A stretch of 64,000 nucleotides of DNA from the NCBI GenBank assembly GCA_030620995.1, contig JAUXIK010000002.1, forward strand, positions 23,903 through 87,902, read 5' to 3'. A program made the position numbers and the translations under genes. The notes beneath the pieces are model-generated. The model was not told the DNA's origin, did no database searches, and was given only the letters and a program-made list of their open reading frames with translations. Source of the DNA: Candidatus Aegiribacteria sp. Lineage in GTDB: Bacteria; Fermentibacterota; Fermentibacteria; Fermentibacterales; JCC-6. Shown piece by piece: positions 9,145-18,583 of this stretch (position 1 is the stretch's first letter; each line of letters opens with the position of its first letter).

Positions 9145-10599
9145 ATGAAAGAATTCGACCTGACCCTGAAAAATCTTGGAGATCTGTTTCCTGAGGATTT
9201 TTCCCAGGAACAGATTGCAAAGGCAAAAACCGTCTTTCTGAAAGAACTGGCTTACAGTGCCCACAAGTTCTACAAAGGGAAAATGATGACAGTTCCCAAG
9301 GCCGGGGTTTACGGTTTCAACTGGTTCAACGTCTGGTACACTCCTGGTGTATCAAAAGTATCGACCACCATCCGGGATAATAACGAAGCTGCCTACGAAC
9401 TCTCGAACAAGGGTAATTTCATTGCTGTCGTAAGTGATTCCACAAGGGTTCTCGGAGATGGTGACTGTACTCCTCCCGGAGGCCTTGGCGTTATGGAGGG
9501 TAAAGCATTCCTGATGAAATACCTTGGAGGGGTGGATGCGGTAGCGCTCTGCATAGATAATCGCGATAAGAACGGTAATCCTGATCCCGACAAGATCATT
9601 GATTTCGTGAAGATGGTTCAGCCCAGCTTCGGAGGGATCAATCTCGAGGATATCTCGCAGCCGAACTGTTTTAAAGTTCTTGATACTCTGAGAGAGGAAT
9701 GCGATATTCCCGTCTGGCACGATGATGCCCAGGGAACCGGATGCGTTACTCTTGCGGGACTGCTTGGAGCTCTTGAGGTTGTCGGAAAAAAACTCGAAGA
9801 TGTCCGGATTGTCTTCATCGGAGCGGGAGCGTCCAATACTACAATCGCAAGGCTGATAATTACGGCTGGCGGTGATCCTTCAAAAATGGTGATGTTTGAT
9901 TCCAGAGGAAGCCTTTCCACGGACAGAGAAGATATCAGGGCCGATGAGCGCTTCTATAGGAAGTGGGAACTCTGTCAGGCGATGAATCCGAATTTAATAC
10001 AAACTCACGAAGAGGCTATGAAGGGAGCAGATGTATTAATTGCGGTCTCCAGGCCGGGACCAGGTCTTATTCCGAAGGAATGGATCGGATCAATGGCGAG
10101 AGATCCTATTGTGTTCGCATGCGCGAATCCGGTGCCCGAGATATATCCTTACGAAGCCAGGGAAGCAGGAGCAGCGATTGTAGCTACCGGTCGGGGTGAT
10201 TTCCCCAACCAGGTCAATAATTCCCTTGGATTCCCCGGAATACTGAAAGGCGCCCTTCTGGTCAGAGCGACGAAGATAACTGACAATATGGCTGTCGCGG
10301 CAGCCCGTTCTCTTGCGAATTTCGCTGGGAGGAAAGGCTTGTCGCCCGACTATATCATCCCAACTATGGATGAGGCGGATGTATTCCCTGAAGAGGCTGC
10401 TGATGTCGCGATGCAGGCCATCAAGGATGGAGTGGCCAGACTGCAGAAGACAAGGGAACAGGTTCTGGAAGAAGCAAGATCCGACATCATGAAGGCAAGG
10501 AATCTTGTACAGAAACTCATGGATGACGGAGATATAGCTCAGCCTCCAATAGACCTTATTGAAGAAGCTGTCAAAACAGCTGTAGATTCGGTAAGATGA
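9145..10599 (+). CDS. NAD(P)-dependent malic enzyme (no PTA domain)
   Basis: VVSDSTRVLGDGD, GLGVMEGKAFLMKYLGGVDA, FIGAGASNT Rossmann motif, CANPVPEI. Confidence 0.9.
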   Translation: MKEFDLTLKNLGDLFPEDFSQEQIAKAKTVFLKELAYSAHKFYKGKMMTVPKAGVYGFNWFNVWYTPGVSKVSTTIRDNNEAAYELSNKGNFIAVVSDSTRVLGDGDCTPPGGLGVMEGKAFLMKYLGGVDAVALCIDNRDKNGNPDPDKIIDFVKMVQPSFGGINLEDISQPNCFKVLDTLREECDIPVWHDDAQGTGCVTLAGLLGALEVVGKKLEDVRIVFIGAGASNTTIARLIITAGGDPSKMVMFDSRGSLSTDREDIRADERFYRKWELCQAMNPNLIQTHEEAMKGADVLIAVSRPGPGLIPKEWIGSMARDPIVFACANPVPEIYPYEAREAGAAIVATGRGDFPNQVNNSLGFPGILKGALLVRATKITDNMAVAAARSLANFAGRKGLSPDYIIPTMDEADVFPEEAADVAMQAIKDGVARLQKTREQVLEEARSDIMKARNLVQKLMDDGDIAQPPIDLIEEAVKTAVDSVR

Positions 10600-10659
10600 C
10601 TGATATTCCGGAGGGCAGCTGATGCTGTCCTCCGGGAAGAGTGCCGGAAAGGATAGTAT

Positions 10660-11148
10660 ATGAGCGAGATTCTTATGACAAGGAGAAGAAAGATAGTACG
10701 GTTCACCTGTCATCATGTTCCAGCAAAACCCGGCATAGCAGGCAGACTCTTTACAGCTCTCGGGCAGAAGGAAATCAACATCCTGCACATGTTCAATACG
10801 GAACATGGGGAAACCGAGGGAGATATCTCCTTCAGTGTCGGGGAAAGCTGCTTTCAGAAAGCAGAGGAAGTACTGAGGAAAACCGGGGATGCAATCGGTA
10901 TTGAAAACGTAACCGTGGAGCATGATCTTGCCATACTGAGTTTTGATCTTGAGGAGACTGTCTGCGAGAATGTAATGTGTACCATGACTCTTGCGCTGAG
11001 CGCACTTTCAAAAGAACGTGTAGATGTGAAGCATGTAGCTGCCAGCAGGAACAGGATATTCGTTGTCCTGCCCGATGAAGAGGCAGACAGGGCTTCATAT
11101 ATACTCAGCAGAGTGCTGAAGGAAGATCCGATAATACACCCGATCTGA
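10660..11148 (+). CDS. ACT-domain protein (aspartokinase regulatory-domain-like)
   Basis: 162 aa. Two ACT-like repeats (VPAKPGIAGRLFTALGQKEINI..., ALSKERVDVKHVAASRNRIFVVL). Confidence 0.6.
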   Translation: MSEILMTRRRKIVRFTCHHVPAKPGIAGRLFTALGQKEINILHMFNTEHGETEGDISFSVGESCFQKAEEVLRKTGDAIGIENVTVEHDLAILSFDLEETVCENVMCTMTLALSALSKERVDVKHVAASRNRIFVVLPDEEADRASYILSRVLKEDPIIHPI

Positions 11149-11237
11149 TTTGTCGAAAATTCATCCCTTATTCGTGAAATCAAGATGTATGAATGTGTAT
11201 AATTAATTTTCCGGTTCAGCAGAAGAAGGAGTAAGGG

Positions 11238-13583
11238 ATGAAACTGATCAGCTTAGCATTTCTACTGGTGCTGTTTTCCTCTATCGCAGCAGCAGCTGCA
11301 GCTCCGGGTCCCCTGGAGATATTTGAATGGGTGGCTTACCCTGAAGTCGGCAATCCGGAACTGATCAACCCTGCAGGATACAATTTTGTAAACAGCCTCC
11401 GAATGAGAATAGGCATGGCTGCTTCTGACAGCGCCTTTGAGGGGGTTGACCGTTTATCCATAGCATTTCCCGGAGCAGGTTTCTCGGGATGGTGGAACGA
11501 TGATTACGACATGCGACGATTCACTCTGTCATGCGGAACGTACCTGTTTAATCAGACATCGTCCATTGGCGCCGGTTACACCTGGTTCGATCCAACGGTT
11601 AAAGGAAATCAATGGTCCGGAAAACATTTCTTTACGTTCGGCCTGACTGTTCGACCCGTTGAATGGTTCAGTTTCGGAATGGTCCGGCGAGGAGGAGTCG
11701 ATCTTCCCGGTGATGATGTGGAAGCTGTCTACAGAGCCGGATTTGCGGTCAGACCTTTTGGGAATCAGTTTACACTCGTTACTGATTTTGAAACCGAAAG
11801 AGAGTTTGATAACAGCCGATTTTCCGGGGGAGTTGAATTCCGACCCATGGACGGCCTTACTGTTCGCGCTGAAGCGGGAAGTAACCATATCAGTTTTGGA
11901 CTTGAAGCCGGATTCGGGACAACATCCTTCGCCTGCGGGGCAACAACAGACGAGAATTACTCTTACACCAATTTCAGGGGCGATTTCACCTTCTCATCTG
12001 AACCTGGCCCTGATCTGCTCGTTCCTTCCGGCAGATTCGTGCGTTTTGAAATTGGGGATATGGATGAGCTTCAGCAAAGACCTTTCCTCAGCGGGATCCA
12101 GCCCAGCTACACCGAGACGGCTCTTCTGCTCGACAGAATTGTTTCTGACAATTCCGTAGCCGGAGTGATAGTGGATATCAGAGGATCTGTTGGTTCTCTT
12201 GCTCAGGCTGAAGAGATCCGTGCTCTTCTCAGCAGAATAGTAGGATCAGGCAAAAAGGTTTATGTCTTTCTGGAGAACGGCAGTAACGCTGAGTATTATG
12301 TTGCGTCCTGTGCGAGCAGAATCTGGATGCATCCATCCGGATCGGTTGCATTCATAGGTCTTTCCTCAGAAGCTATCTTCTTGAGAGATTTTCTTGACCG
12401 TATAGGCATTTATCCTGATCTGTTGCATATCGGTGAATACAAGAGCGCAAGTGATATGCTGACAAGATCCGACATGTCCGACGCTCAGAGACGGGCCATG
12501 ACAAGCCTGCTGGAGTCGCTGCAGGCGGAATTAATAGCAGGTGCAGCTAATGGACGGGGCCTGGAACCAGCTCAACTCCATGTAATAATGAACGCCGGTC
12601 CGTATACGGCGGGGAGAGCTGTTACCGCAGGGATGGTTGATGGGGTCTCCTTCCAGGATGAAATTGAGGAATTGGCAGGAGAGGATTTTGGAAGGCATTT
12701 CACAGCAGTTTCCCTTAAAGAGTACGCTTCTTCCATACCTGAATACAAGGTCTGGGGGCAGGACAGCCACATAGCAGTTGTTGTTGCTACCGGATATATC
12801 TGGACGGGGTCCAGTGGATCATCATTCCCATTTGGAAGAACCATGGGAAGCGAATCGATTTGTGACGCTCTTCGGACTGCCGCGTCGCAGCCCGGCGCTT
12901 CAGCCGTTGTCCTCCGGATAGATTCTCCTGGCGGTGATGCTCTCGCCAGTAATGATATGCATCACGCAGTGGAAAGTATCAGGAAAGAAATCCCGGTGAT
13001 AGTATCCATGGGCGGTGTTGCCGCATCAGGAGGTTACTATATGGCCTGTGGAGCAGACAGAATATTCGCGGACAGAATGACGATAACAGGTTCTATCGGG
13101 ATAATATCCGGCAAATTCTCCTGTGGAGAACTTTTAGATAGCCTCGGCATCAATGTGGAAGAAGTATCAACAGGTTCAATGGCGTCTATGTCCAGTTTCT
13201 TCCGTCCGTATACGGATGTGGAACGCGGCAGAACCTTCGACCTGATGGAGGAAGGGTATAACCGATTTGTCGAAACTGTGGCTTCAGGCCGGGAGATGAC
13301 CTTCGAGGAAGTTGATTCCATTGCTCAGGGCAGAGTCTGGTCCGGAATCGACGGAATCGAGATAGGAATTGTGGATGAGATCGGCGGGGTGGTTGACGCT
13401 GTTCATTACGCTGCGGGAATATCAGGAATGGATCCGGATGAAGAACTCCGTGTACATATATATCCGACTCCTTCTTTTCCCGGCTCAATTGAAATGCCCG
13501 GTTTCGGAATCACATCCGGAATTCTGGACTTATTCAACCCGGAGCAGATTCTTTATCTCATGCAGCCGATTTTCATAGACTGA
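11238..13583 (+). CDS. sppA: Signal peptide peptidase SppA (tandem S49 domains) with about 265-aa N-terminal beta-rich extension
   Basis: Signal peptide MKLISLAFLLVLFSSIAAAAAA. C-terminal S49 domain has GGVAASGGYYMACGADRIF (catalytic Ser context). A first S49-like domain starts near residue 265. Confidence 0.85.
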   Translation: MKLISLAFLLVLFSSIAAAAAAPGPLEIFEWVAYPEVGNPELINPAGYNFVNSLRMRIGMAASDSAFEGVDRLSIAFPGAGFSGWWNDDYDMRRFTLSCGTYLFNQTSSIGAGYTWFDPTVKGNQWSGKHFFTFGLTVRPVEWFSFGMVRRGGVDLPGDDVEAVYRAGFAVRPFGNQFTLVTDFETEREFDNSRFSGGVEFRPMDGLTVRAEAGSNHISFGLEAGFGTTSFACGATTDENYSYTNFRGDFTFSSEPGPDLLVPSGRFVRFEIGDMDELQQRPFLSGIQPSYTETALLLDRIVSDNSVAGVIVDIRGSVGSLAQAEEIRALLSRIVGSGKKVYVFLENGSNAEYYVASCASRIWMHPSGSVAFIGLSSEAIFLRDFLDRIGIYPDLLHIGEYKSASDMLTRSDMSDAQRRAMTSLLESLQAELIAGAANGRGLEPAQLHVIMNAGPYTAGRAVTAGMVDGVSFQDEIEELAGEDFGRHFTAVSLKEYASSIPEYKVWGQDSHIAVVVATGYIWTGSSGSSFPFGRTMGSESICDALRTAASQPGASAVVLRIDSPGGDALASNDMHHAVESIRKEIPVIVSMGGVAASGGYYMACGADRIFADRMTITGSIGIISGKFSCGELLDSLGINVEEVSTGSMASMSSFFRPYTDVERGRTFDLMEEGYNRFVETVASGREMTFEEVDSIAQGRVWSGIDGIEIGIVDEIGGVVDAVHYAAGISGMDPDEELRVHIYPTPSFPGSIEMPGFGITSGILDLFNPEQILYLMQPIFID

Positions 13584-13608
13584 CCCTTCACTTGCGGGAG
13601 GCACTTAA

Positions 13609-13638
13609 TGTCAACCAAATCGATATGACAGGTTGACA
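13609..13638. promoter_or_regulatory. Putative BirA operator (bioO-like inverted repeat)
   Basis: TGTCAACC-N14-GGTTGACA, 84 nt upstream of the birA ATG. It resembles the TTGTAAACC-N-GGTTTACAA BirA box known from other bacteria. Confidence 0.55.
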
Positions 13639-13721
13639 ATCCGAACAAAGATTTTCATGGTTCAGACGATATTTTAATCTTCCCGTTCTGGATATCATCA
13701 GATTTAAATGGGGTAATAGCA

Positions 13722-14708
13722 ATGGATAAAGTCTCAAGCGGAATTCTTGAAATGCTCAGATCGAGCGCAGGTTATATTTCAGGTCAGTGGATATCTACGG
13801 AATTCGAGATAACCCGTGCTGCAATCTGGAAACATATTAGAGAACTGCGAAAAACAGGGTACATAATAGATGCTGTTCCCAACAAAGGCTATCATCTTGT
13901 TTCATCTCCCGATATGCCATTTGAGGAGGAAATACACTGTTTACTCAGTACCAGGACTATCGGAGAGACAATTATTTTCCACAGGGAAATAGATTCCACA
14001 AACAGCGTTGCCATGCTTCTTGCTTCCGACGGAGCGCCTCATGGGACAGTGGTTACATCCGATTCCCAGACCGGTGGACGTGGAAGACGGGGTAGAGAAT
14101 GGTTCTCTCCTCCCGGGTGCAATCTTTACATGTCTGTTATTCTTCGTCCGTCCGTTTCGCCTGCGGAAGCTTCACAAATCCCTGTGATTTCAGTTCTAGC
14201 TGTAGTCAGAGTTCTGGAACAGTTGAATTCCGGCCTTCCTTTTAAGATCAAGTGGCCCAACGATATTCTATGCCGCGGAAAAAAAGTGTGCGGAATACTC
14301 TGCGAAATGAAATCCGACACTGATCATATCCATCATTTAGTTGTGGGAATCGGTATTAATGTGAATGTAACATCTATGGATTCATGCATTTCCGATATCG
14401 CTACATCTCTGAAACTGGAAACGGGTCAGGAGTATTCAAGAATAAAGCTTTCCGCATCTCTGCTGGAAGAACTGGAGGAAATTTACCTGGAATGGCTGCA
14501 GGAACGGAATTTGAAAAGATATATTGCAGAATGGGAAAGATACTCACTCCTGATTGGCAGGAATGTCAGAATAGAAACCCCATCAGAAACAATTGCCGGT
14601 GTTGCCACAGGATTGTCAAATAACGGATCCCTCATATTGAAACTTCCCTCCGGCGCTATCCGTAAAGTCTATGCCGGAGACGCTCATATAGCGAACCACA
14701 ATTCATAA
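13722..14708 (+). CDS. birA: Bifunctional biotin-protein ligase / biotin operon repressor
   Basis: N-terminal wHTH (ISGQWISTEFEITRAAIWKHIRELRKTGYIID), GGRGRRGREW biotin-binding loop, KWPNDIL. Confidence 0.92.
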   Translation: MDKVSSGILEMLRSSAGYISGQWISTEFEITRAAIWKHIRELRKTGYIIDAVPNKGYHLVSSPDMPFEEEIHCLLSTRTIGETIIFHREIDSTNSVAMLLASDGAPHGTVVTSDSQTGGRGRRGREWFSPPGCNLYMSVILRPSVSPAEASQIPVISVLAVVRVLEQLNSGLPFKIKWPNDILCRGKKVCGILCEMKSDTDHIHHLVVGIGINVNVTSMDSCISDIATSLKLETGQEYSRIKLSASLLEELEEIYLEWLQERNLKRYIAEWERYSLLIGRNVRIETPSETIAGVATGLSNNGSLILKLPSGAIRKVYAGDAHIANHNS

Positions 14709-14718
14709 CCCCATATGA

Positions 14719-14800
14719 GGGGACATCCACCCTGAAAAAGCGAACGGGGACATCCACTCTATGGTGGGTGTCCCCTAAAAACAAGTCGCTCTGGTGCGTG
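14719..14800 (+). repeat. GGGGACA-hairpin repeat element, locus 1
   Basis: GGGGACATCCAC occurs twice (14719, 14746). The second copy pairs with GTGGGTGTCCCC (14764-14775), followed by TAAAAAC and CTCTGGTGCGTG. Same family as 34595 and 35524. Confidence 0.85.
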
Positions 14801-14803
14801 AAA

Positions 14804-15157
14804 CTACTTTGTATCCGTACTCAGAAACTTTCCGAAGAGCCAGGCCAGCGGGGTCCAGAGAATGAATACGCCTATGAAGAATGGCAGGGCATGATCGATC
14901 TCAAGCTCGCTTGCATGGAGGCAGACGATTCCAGCGATGCTCCAGCCCACAAGAAGCAAACCCATTATTACATTTCCCATTTCGCGTATTCCCCGCGCGA
15001 ATGAAGCGAGTCCCACTGCGGTGAAGAAAGCCGGCCACCATTTGCCGACTGATACCCCCAGACCCCAGAGCAGGAAGAGTATTCCGACCCCGCCGAAAAG
15101 AAATGCGAAAATAATGATACCCCTGTTCTTTCCATTCATACTACTCTCCCTCTTCAA
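14804..15157 (-). CDS. Small integral membrane protein (hypothetical)
   Basis: 117-aa ORF with 4 predicted hydrophobic helices; no recognisable motif. Confidence 0.5.
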   Translation of the reverse strand: MKRESSMNGKNRGIIIFAFLFGGVGILFLLWGLGVSVGKWWPAFFTAVGLASFARGIREMGNVIMGLLLVGWSIAGIVCLHASELEIDHALPFFIGVFILWTPLAWLFGKFLSTDTK

Positions 15158-15626
15158 ACGGTGGAGTCAGGCTGGTCAGATCTATCAGCCAGCTCTCTCC
15201 GAATTTTCTGACGATAACCTCCTGGAGACCATCATCTGTTCTGACGACAACTACACAGACCAGACTGTCAGGGTAGCTGACAGACTTTATGCTGGTACTG
15301 AGATTATGTGCATCTGAAGAGCTGCCGGCCATCCTCGCGAAAAGATCTTCACCTGTAAGGTTCTGGAATTCTTCTTCCGTCATGTCTCCCGCAAGCCTGC
15401 ATGCAGCTTCCCGGGATTCCGTCCAGCCGAATTCATGAAGTATTACAGAGGTTGAATCGTACCATTGACGGCTTTCCGGTGTTATGAGAGACCAGGCTTC
15501 AGCATAGCTGGAATCAGCAATAGCTGCGGCAAATGATTTCACAGTACCGGAAGCACCATCGTCATCCCCGCAAGCAATCAAAGCGGCAAGAAAGCAAATG
15601 GAAACAGTGAAGATATTTCTCTTCAC
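15141..15626 (-). CDS. Lipoprotein (hypothetical)
   Basis: Lipobox FLAALIACGDD after a basic N-terminus. Overlaps neighbours on both sides, suggesting an operon. Confidence 0.55.
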   Translation of the reverse strand: MKRNIFTVSICFLAALIACGDDDGASGTVKSFAAAIADSSYAEAWSLITPESRQWYDSTSVILHEFGWTESREAACRLAGDMTEEEFQNLTGEDLFARMAGSSSDAHNLSTSIKSVSYPDSLVCVVVVRTDDGLQEVIVRKFGESWLIDLTSLTPPFEEGE

Positions 15627-16861
15627 AATACGTGCACCACCATTCCACTTCGAAGCTTGGGTTCGAACCAGGTGGATTTTGGAGGCATGACGTTACCGCT
15701 GTCAGCCACATTGATGAGTTGATCAATTGATGTCGGGAACAGAGAGAAGGCTACGGAATACTTACCGGAATTCACAAGTCTCTCCAGCTCTTCAGTTCCA
15801 CGGATTCCCCCTACGAATTTGATTCTTTCACTGGTGCGCGGATCCTCGATTCCCAGAACAGGATTCAGAAGATTTTCCTGGAGAATGCTGGCGTCAAGGC
15901 TTTTTACAGGATCATCTGTCGGAAAACTGCCCTTCCTTGGTTCAAGGCTGTACCATTTGCTGTCCAGGTACATGGAGTACATGAGATTCTGGTTTGGTGA
16001 CTTATTAGAACACTCTGATACAGCAAATTTCTCTTTTACTCTGTCAATGAATTCATTCACTGTATTCCCATTCAGATCAGCAACGACTCTGTTGTACGGC
16101 AGGATTTTCATCTGACTCTTCGGGAATATCACGGCCAGGAAGTAATTGTATTCCTCATTGCCCGTATGTCCGCTGTTGCCCTTCTGTCTTCTCTCCGCGA
16201 TGATTGTGCCCGCGGCGCTTCTGTGATGTCCATCCGCGACGTAAAGAGAGGGTACTCTGGAAAAGACACTCTCTATCATTTTTATATCTTCATCATTATT
16301 TATAAGCCAGAGAGTATGTCTGATGCCGTCCGGAGCGGTAAAATCGTATTCGGGATCAGTTGTATCACAAATTCGAACCTGCAATGAGTCAAGTTCAGAA
16401 ACATCGGGATAGGTAAGGAAGACCGGCCCGCACTGAGCGTTCTGGGTTTCTATATGCCGGATCCTGTCCTCTTCCTTTACTTTTCTTGTGAACTCATGTT
16501 TCTTGATGAGATTGTTCCGATAGTCCTGTGCGGAAACGGTTGCAACAAGACCAACCTGCGAATGATCACCCATGATCTGACGGTAAAAGTAAAATATGGG
16601 CAGTTCTTCCTGAATCATCGCTCCGTTTTCCATTAGTCGGCGAAGATTTCTGGCTCCCTGTTCATACACAGAACTGTCGTAAAGATCGATAGACGGCCCA
16701 AGATCAACTTCCGGTTTTACAACTCTCAGAAAACTGAGAGGATTCTCTTTCACAAGTTCACGCGCTTCGTCAGAATCGAGTACGTCATAAGGGCGAGAGG
16801 CGATCTTCTCAGCCAGTTCTTTTATCGGGCGAAGCCCGTGAAAGGGTCTTACTTCAACCAT
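15623..16861 (-). CDS. DUF1015-family protein
   Basis: MVEVRPFHGLRP..., YVADGHHRSAA and PPKSTWFEPK are blocks I associate with DUF1015. ATG at 16861 sits 6 nt after GGAGG and is preferred over the GTG at 16873. Confidence 0.8.
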   Translation of the reverse strand: MVEVRPFHGLRPIKELAEKIASRPYDVLDSDEARELVKENPLSFLRVVKPEVDLGPSIDLYDSSVYEQGARNLRRLMENGAMIQEELPIFYFYRQIMGDHSQVGLVATVSAQDYRNNLIKKHEFTRKVKEEDRIRHIETQNAQCGPVFLTYPDVSELDSLQVRICDTTDPEYDFTAPDGIRHTLWLINNDEDIKMIESVFSRVPSLYVADGHHRSAAGTIIAERRQKGNSGHTGNEEYNYFLAVIFPKSQMKILPYNRVVADLNGNTVNEFIDRVKEKFAVSECSNKSPNQNLMYSMYLDSKWYSLEPRKGSFPTDDPVKSLDASILQENLLNPVLGIEDPRTSERIKFVGGIRGTEELERLVNSGKYSVAFSLFPTSIDQLINVADSGNVMPPKSTWFEPKLRSGMVVHVL

Positions 16862-17133
16862 AATAGCCTCCACATGAATATCATATGTATTCTTTAAACG
16901 TTGGATTTCGGAATGTAGAATACGAACTGCAATCTATACAATGAATCTACTTCTGAGATTGATAGAAAGCAATGTTTTACGTTCAAAATCCGCTTATTTC
17001 AACAGATTGCTTCGCGAAACGCATCAGTGGCATGAGATGATATATGCATATATTAATATGCAATACTGACAGTTCGATTTGTTTATCGAAATGATATGAT
17101 CCGAATCTTTTAGTGTACCTGCGAAGGGGGAAA

Positions 17134-17364
17134 ATGAAACTGATCACCGCAGCAATCTTGATGCTCTCAGTCACATCAGGCGCATTCGCCGTCGAAGAAC
17201 CTCTGTTTCCGGATGGTGTGAATCAGATCCTTGGCCGAATTCAACCCGGCATGAGCGAAGCGCAAGTTGACGAAATCGTAAAGATCTACTATCCGGATGC
17301 TATTCACGCAGTCAGCATATGGTCATGCTTCCGGGAACAGGCGATGAAAAATGGAGGAAAATGA
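17134..17364 (+). CDS. Small secreted protein (hypothetical)
   Basis: Signal peptide MKLITAAILMLSVTSGAFA. ATGA overlap with the next gene. Confidence 0.4.
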   Translation: MKLITAAILMLSVTSGAFAVEEPLFPDGVNQILGRIQPGMSEAQVDEIVKIYYPDAIHAVSIWSCFREQAMKNGGK

Positions 17365-18488
17365 ATTTTCATAGACAGGGCATCTTGACCTTTCTCTTTT
17401 GCATGGCTGTATCTTTGCATTCAGGATGCGCTGATTCACAATGGGTTGAACCATTTTCCGAAAGGTTGAGCATTACTGTGCTTGACAGCATAGGTATTGA
17501 AACCGGTGATTCCTGCTACGTCTTTGGCTCGATTGTTGATGCTGAAATAACACCATCAGGATCGATACTCCTGCTTGATCAGATTGCCTGCTGCATCAGG
17601 AAGTTCACCCCTGAAGGCACCTATCTGTCTATCCTCTCAAGGAGGGGAAATGGGCCCGGCGAGTTTGCGTATCCTATGGAAATGGCCTTGCAGCCGGACG
17701 GCAGGATCGTAGTGCGGGACTTCGGTAAGCTGTCTCTTGTTGTTCTTGACCGCAATGGCGAAAGTCTCTCAGATCTGGCGGAATGGCTATTGCTTCCACC
17801 GGAAGCGATTGTTTCAGCAGGCGTGGATCAAATCGCCGGTTATGAGATCGACCTGGACCTTCATGGTTCCGAAGTTCTGGCAGTATTCAAGCCCGCTCTG
17901 TATTCGTTGAATGATACCCGGCGGGAACTGGTATTACTCTCAGATTCAGTAGTGATGAATATTGAGGAAATATCCTCATCCATGACCGGCTTGCAGGGGA
18001 GCTCAATCATGACTTCTGATGGTGAGGGACGGGTTTTCTACAGCCGCAGATCTACAGGTGATTATGAAGTTCGTTGCTGGGATATTGAGGGGAATCTTCT
18101 TTTTACTGTATCTCTGGGAATTCCGCCAGTCGCGAAAACTCAACAGGAATTGCTCGAAGAAACAGAATATGCGAGAATTCAATTTTCTTCCCTTGGTTTG
18201 AACACTCTCCCTGAAGGCTTTGAGCCGGATCCCTTCCACACACTCATAGTGGGTCTGGGAGTTGACAGCCGTGGAAATCTGTGGATACAGCGGGGAACAG
18301 AAGAGAGACCCGTATTTGATATAATTGATAATAATGGAGACCATATCGGTACCGCGGAGTTCCCAAGGGCAGGAAAACATTGGCAGTTCAGCATTACTCC
18401 GAATGGCAGTCTGGCCTGGGATCTCGATCCGATATTGGGATTTCAGAGAGTTTATATGATTGATTTGCCAGTAGTTGATCAGGAATAG
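17361..18488 (+). CDS. Lipoprotein, 6-bladed beta-propeller-like
   Basis: Start at the ATG after GGAGG. Lipobox SLHSGCADS. Repeated xDxxGxIxVxD strand patterns. Confidence 0.6.
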   Translation: MNFHRQGILTFLFCMAVSLHSGCADSQWVEPFSERLSITVLDSIGIETGDSCYVFGSIVDAEITPSGSILLLDQIACCIRKFTPEGTYLSILSRRGNGPGEFAYPMEMALQPDGRIVVRDFGKLSLVVLDRNGESLSDLAEWLLLPPEAIVSAGVDQIAGYEIDLDLHGSEVLAVFKPALYSLNDTRRELVLLSDSVVMNIEEISSSMTGLQGSSIMTSDGEGRVFYSRRSTGDYEVRCWDIEGNLLFTVSLGIPPVAKTQQELLEETEYARIQFSSLGLNTLPEGFEPDPFHTLIVGLGVDSRGNLWIQRGTEERPVFDIIDNNGDHIGTAEFPRAGKHWQFSITPNGSLAWDLDPILGFQRVYMIDLPVVDQE

Positions 18489-18583
18489 AAATAGTCATAT
18501 CAGTTTTTCAGCAGTGGGGAATAGAGAGAAAAACAGATATAATTTGAATAAGTTATTATGAACGAATCAGCAGGGGGGATGTT

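Noticed and set aside
10090-10923. 277-aa minus-strand ORF. The same applies to other long antisense ORFs such as 36310-36951, 50785-51429, 8073-8474, 43905-44354 and 46504-46986.
   Set aside because: All lie opposite strongly recognisable genes (malic enzyme/ACT, C25 peptidase, PH protein, fumarase, metH, HydE-like). They have Cys/Ser/His/Arg-skewed composition, no motifs and no RBS. They are typical shadow ORFs.
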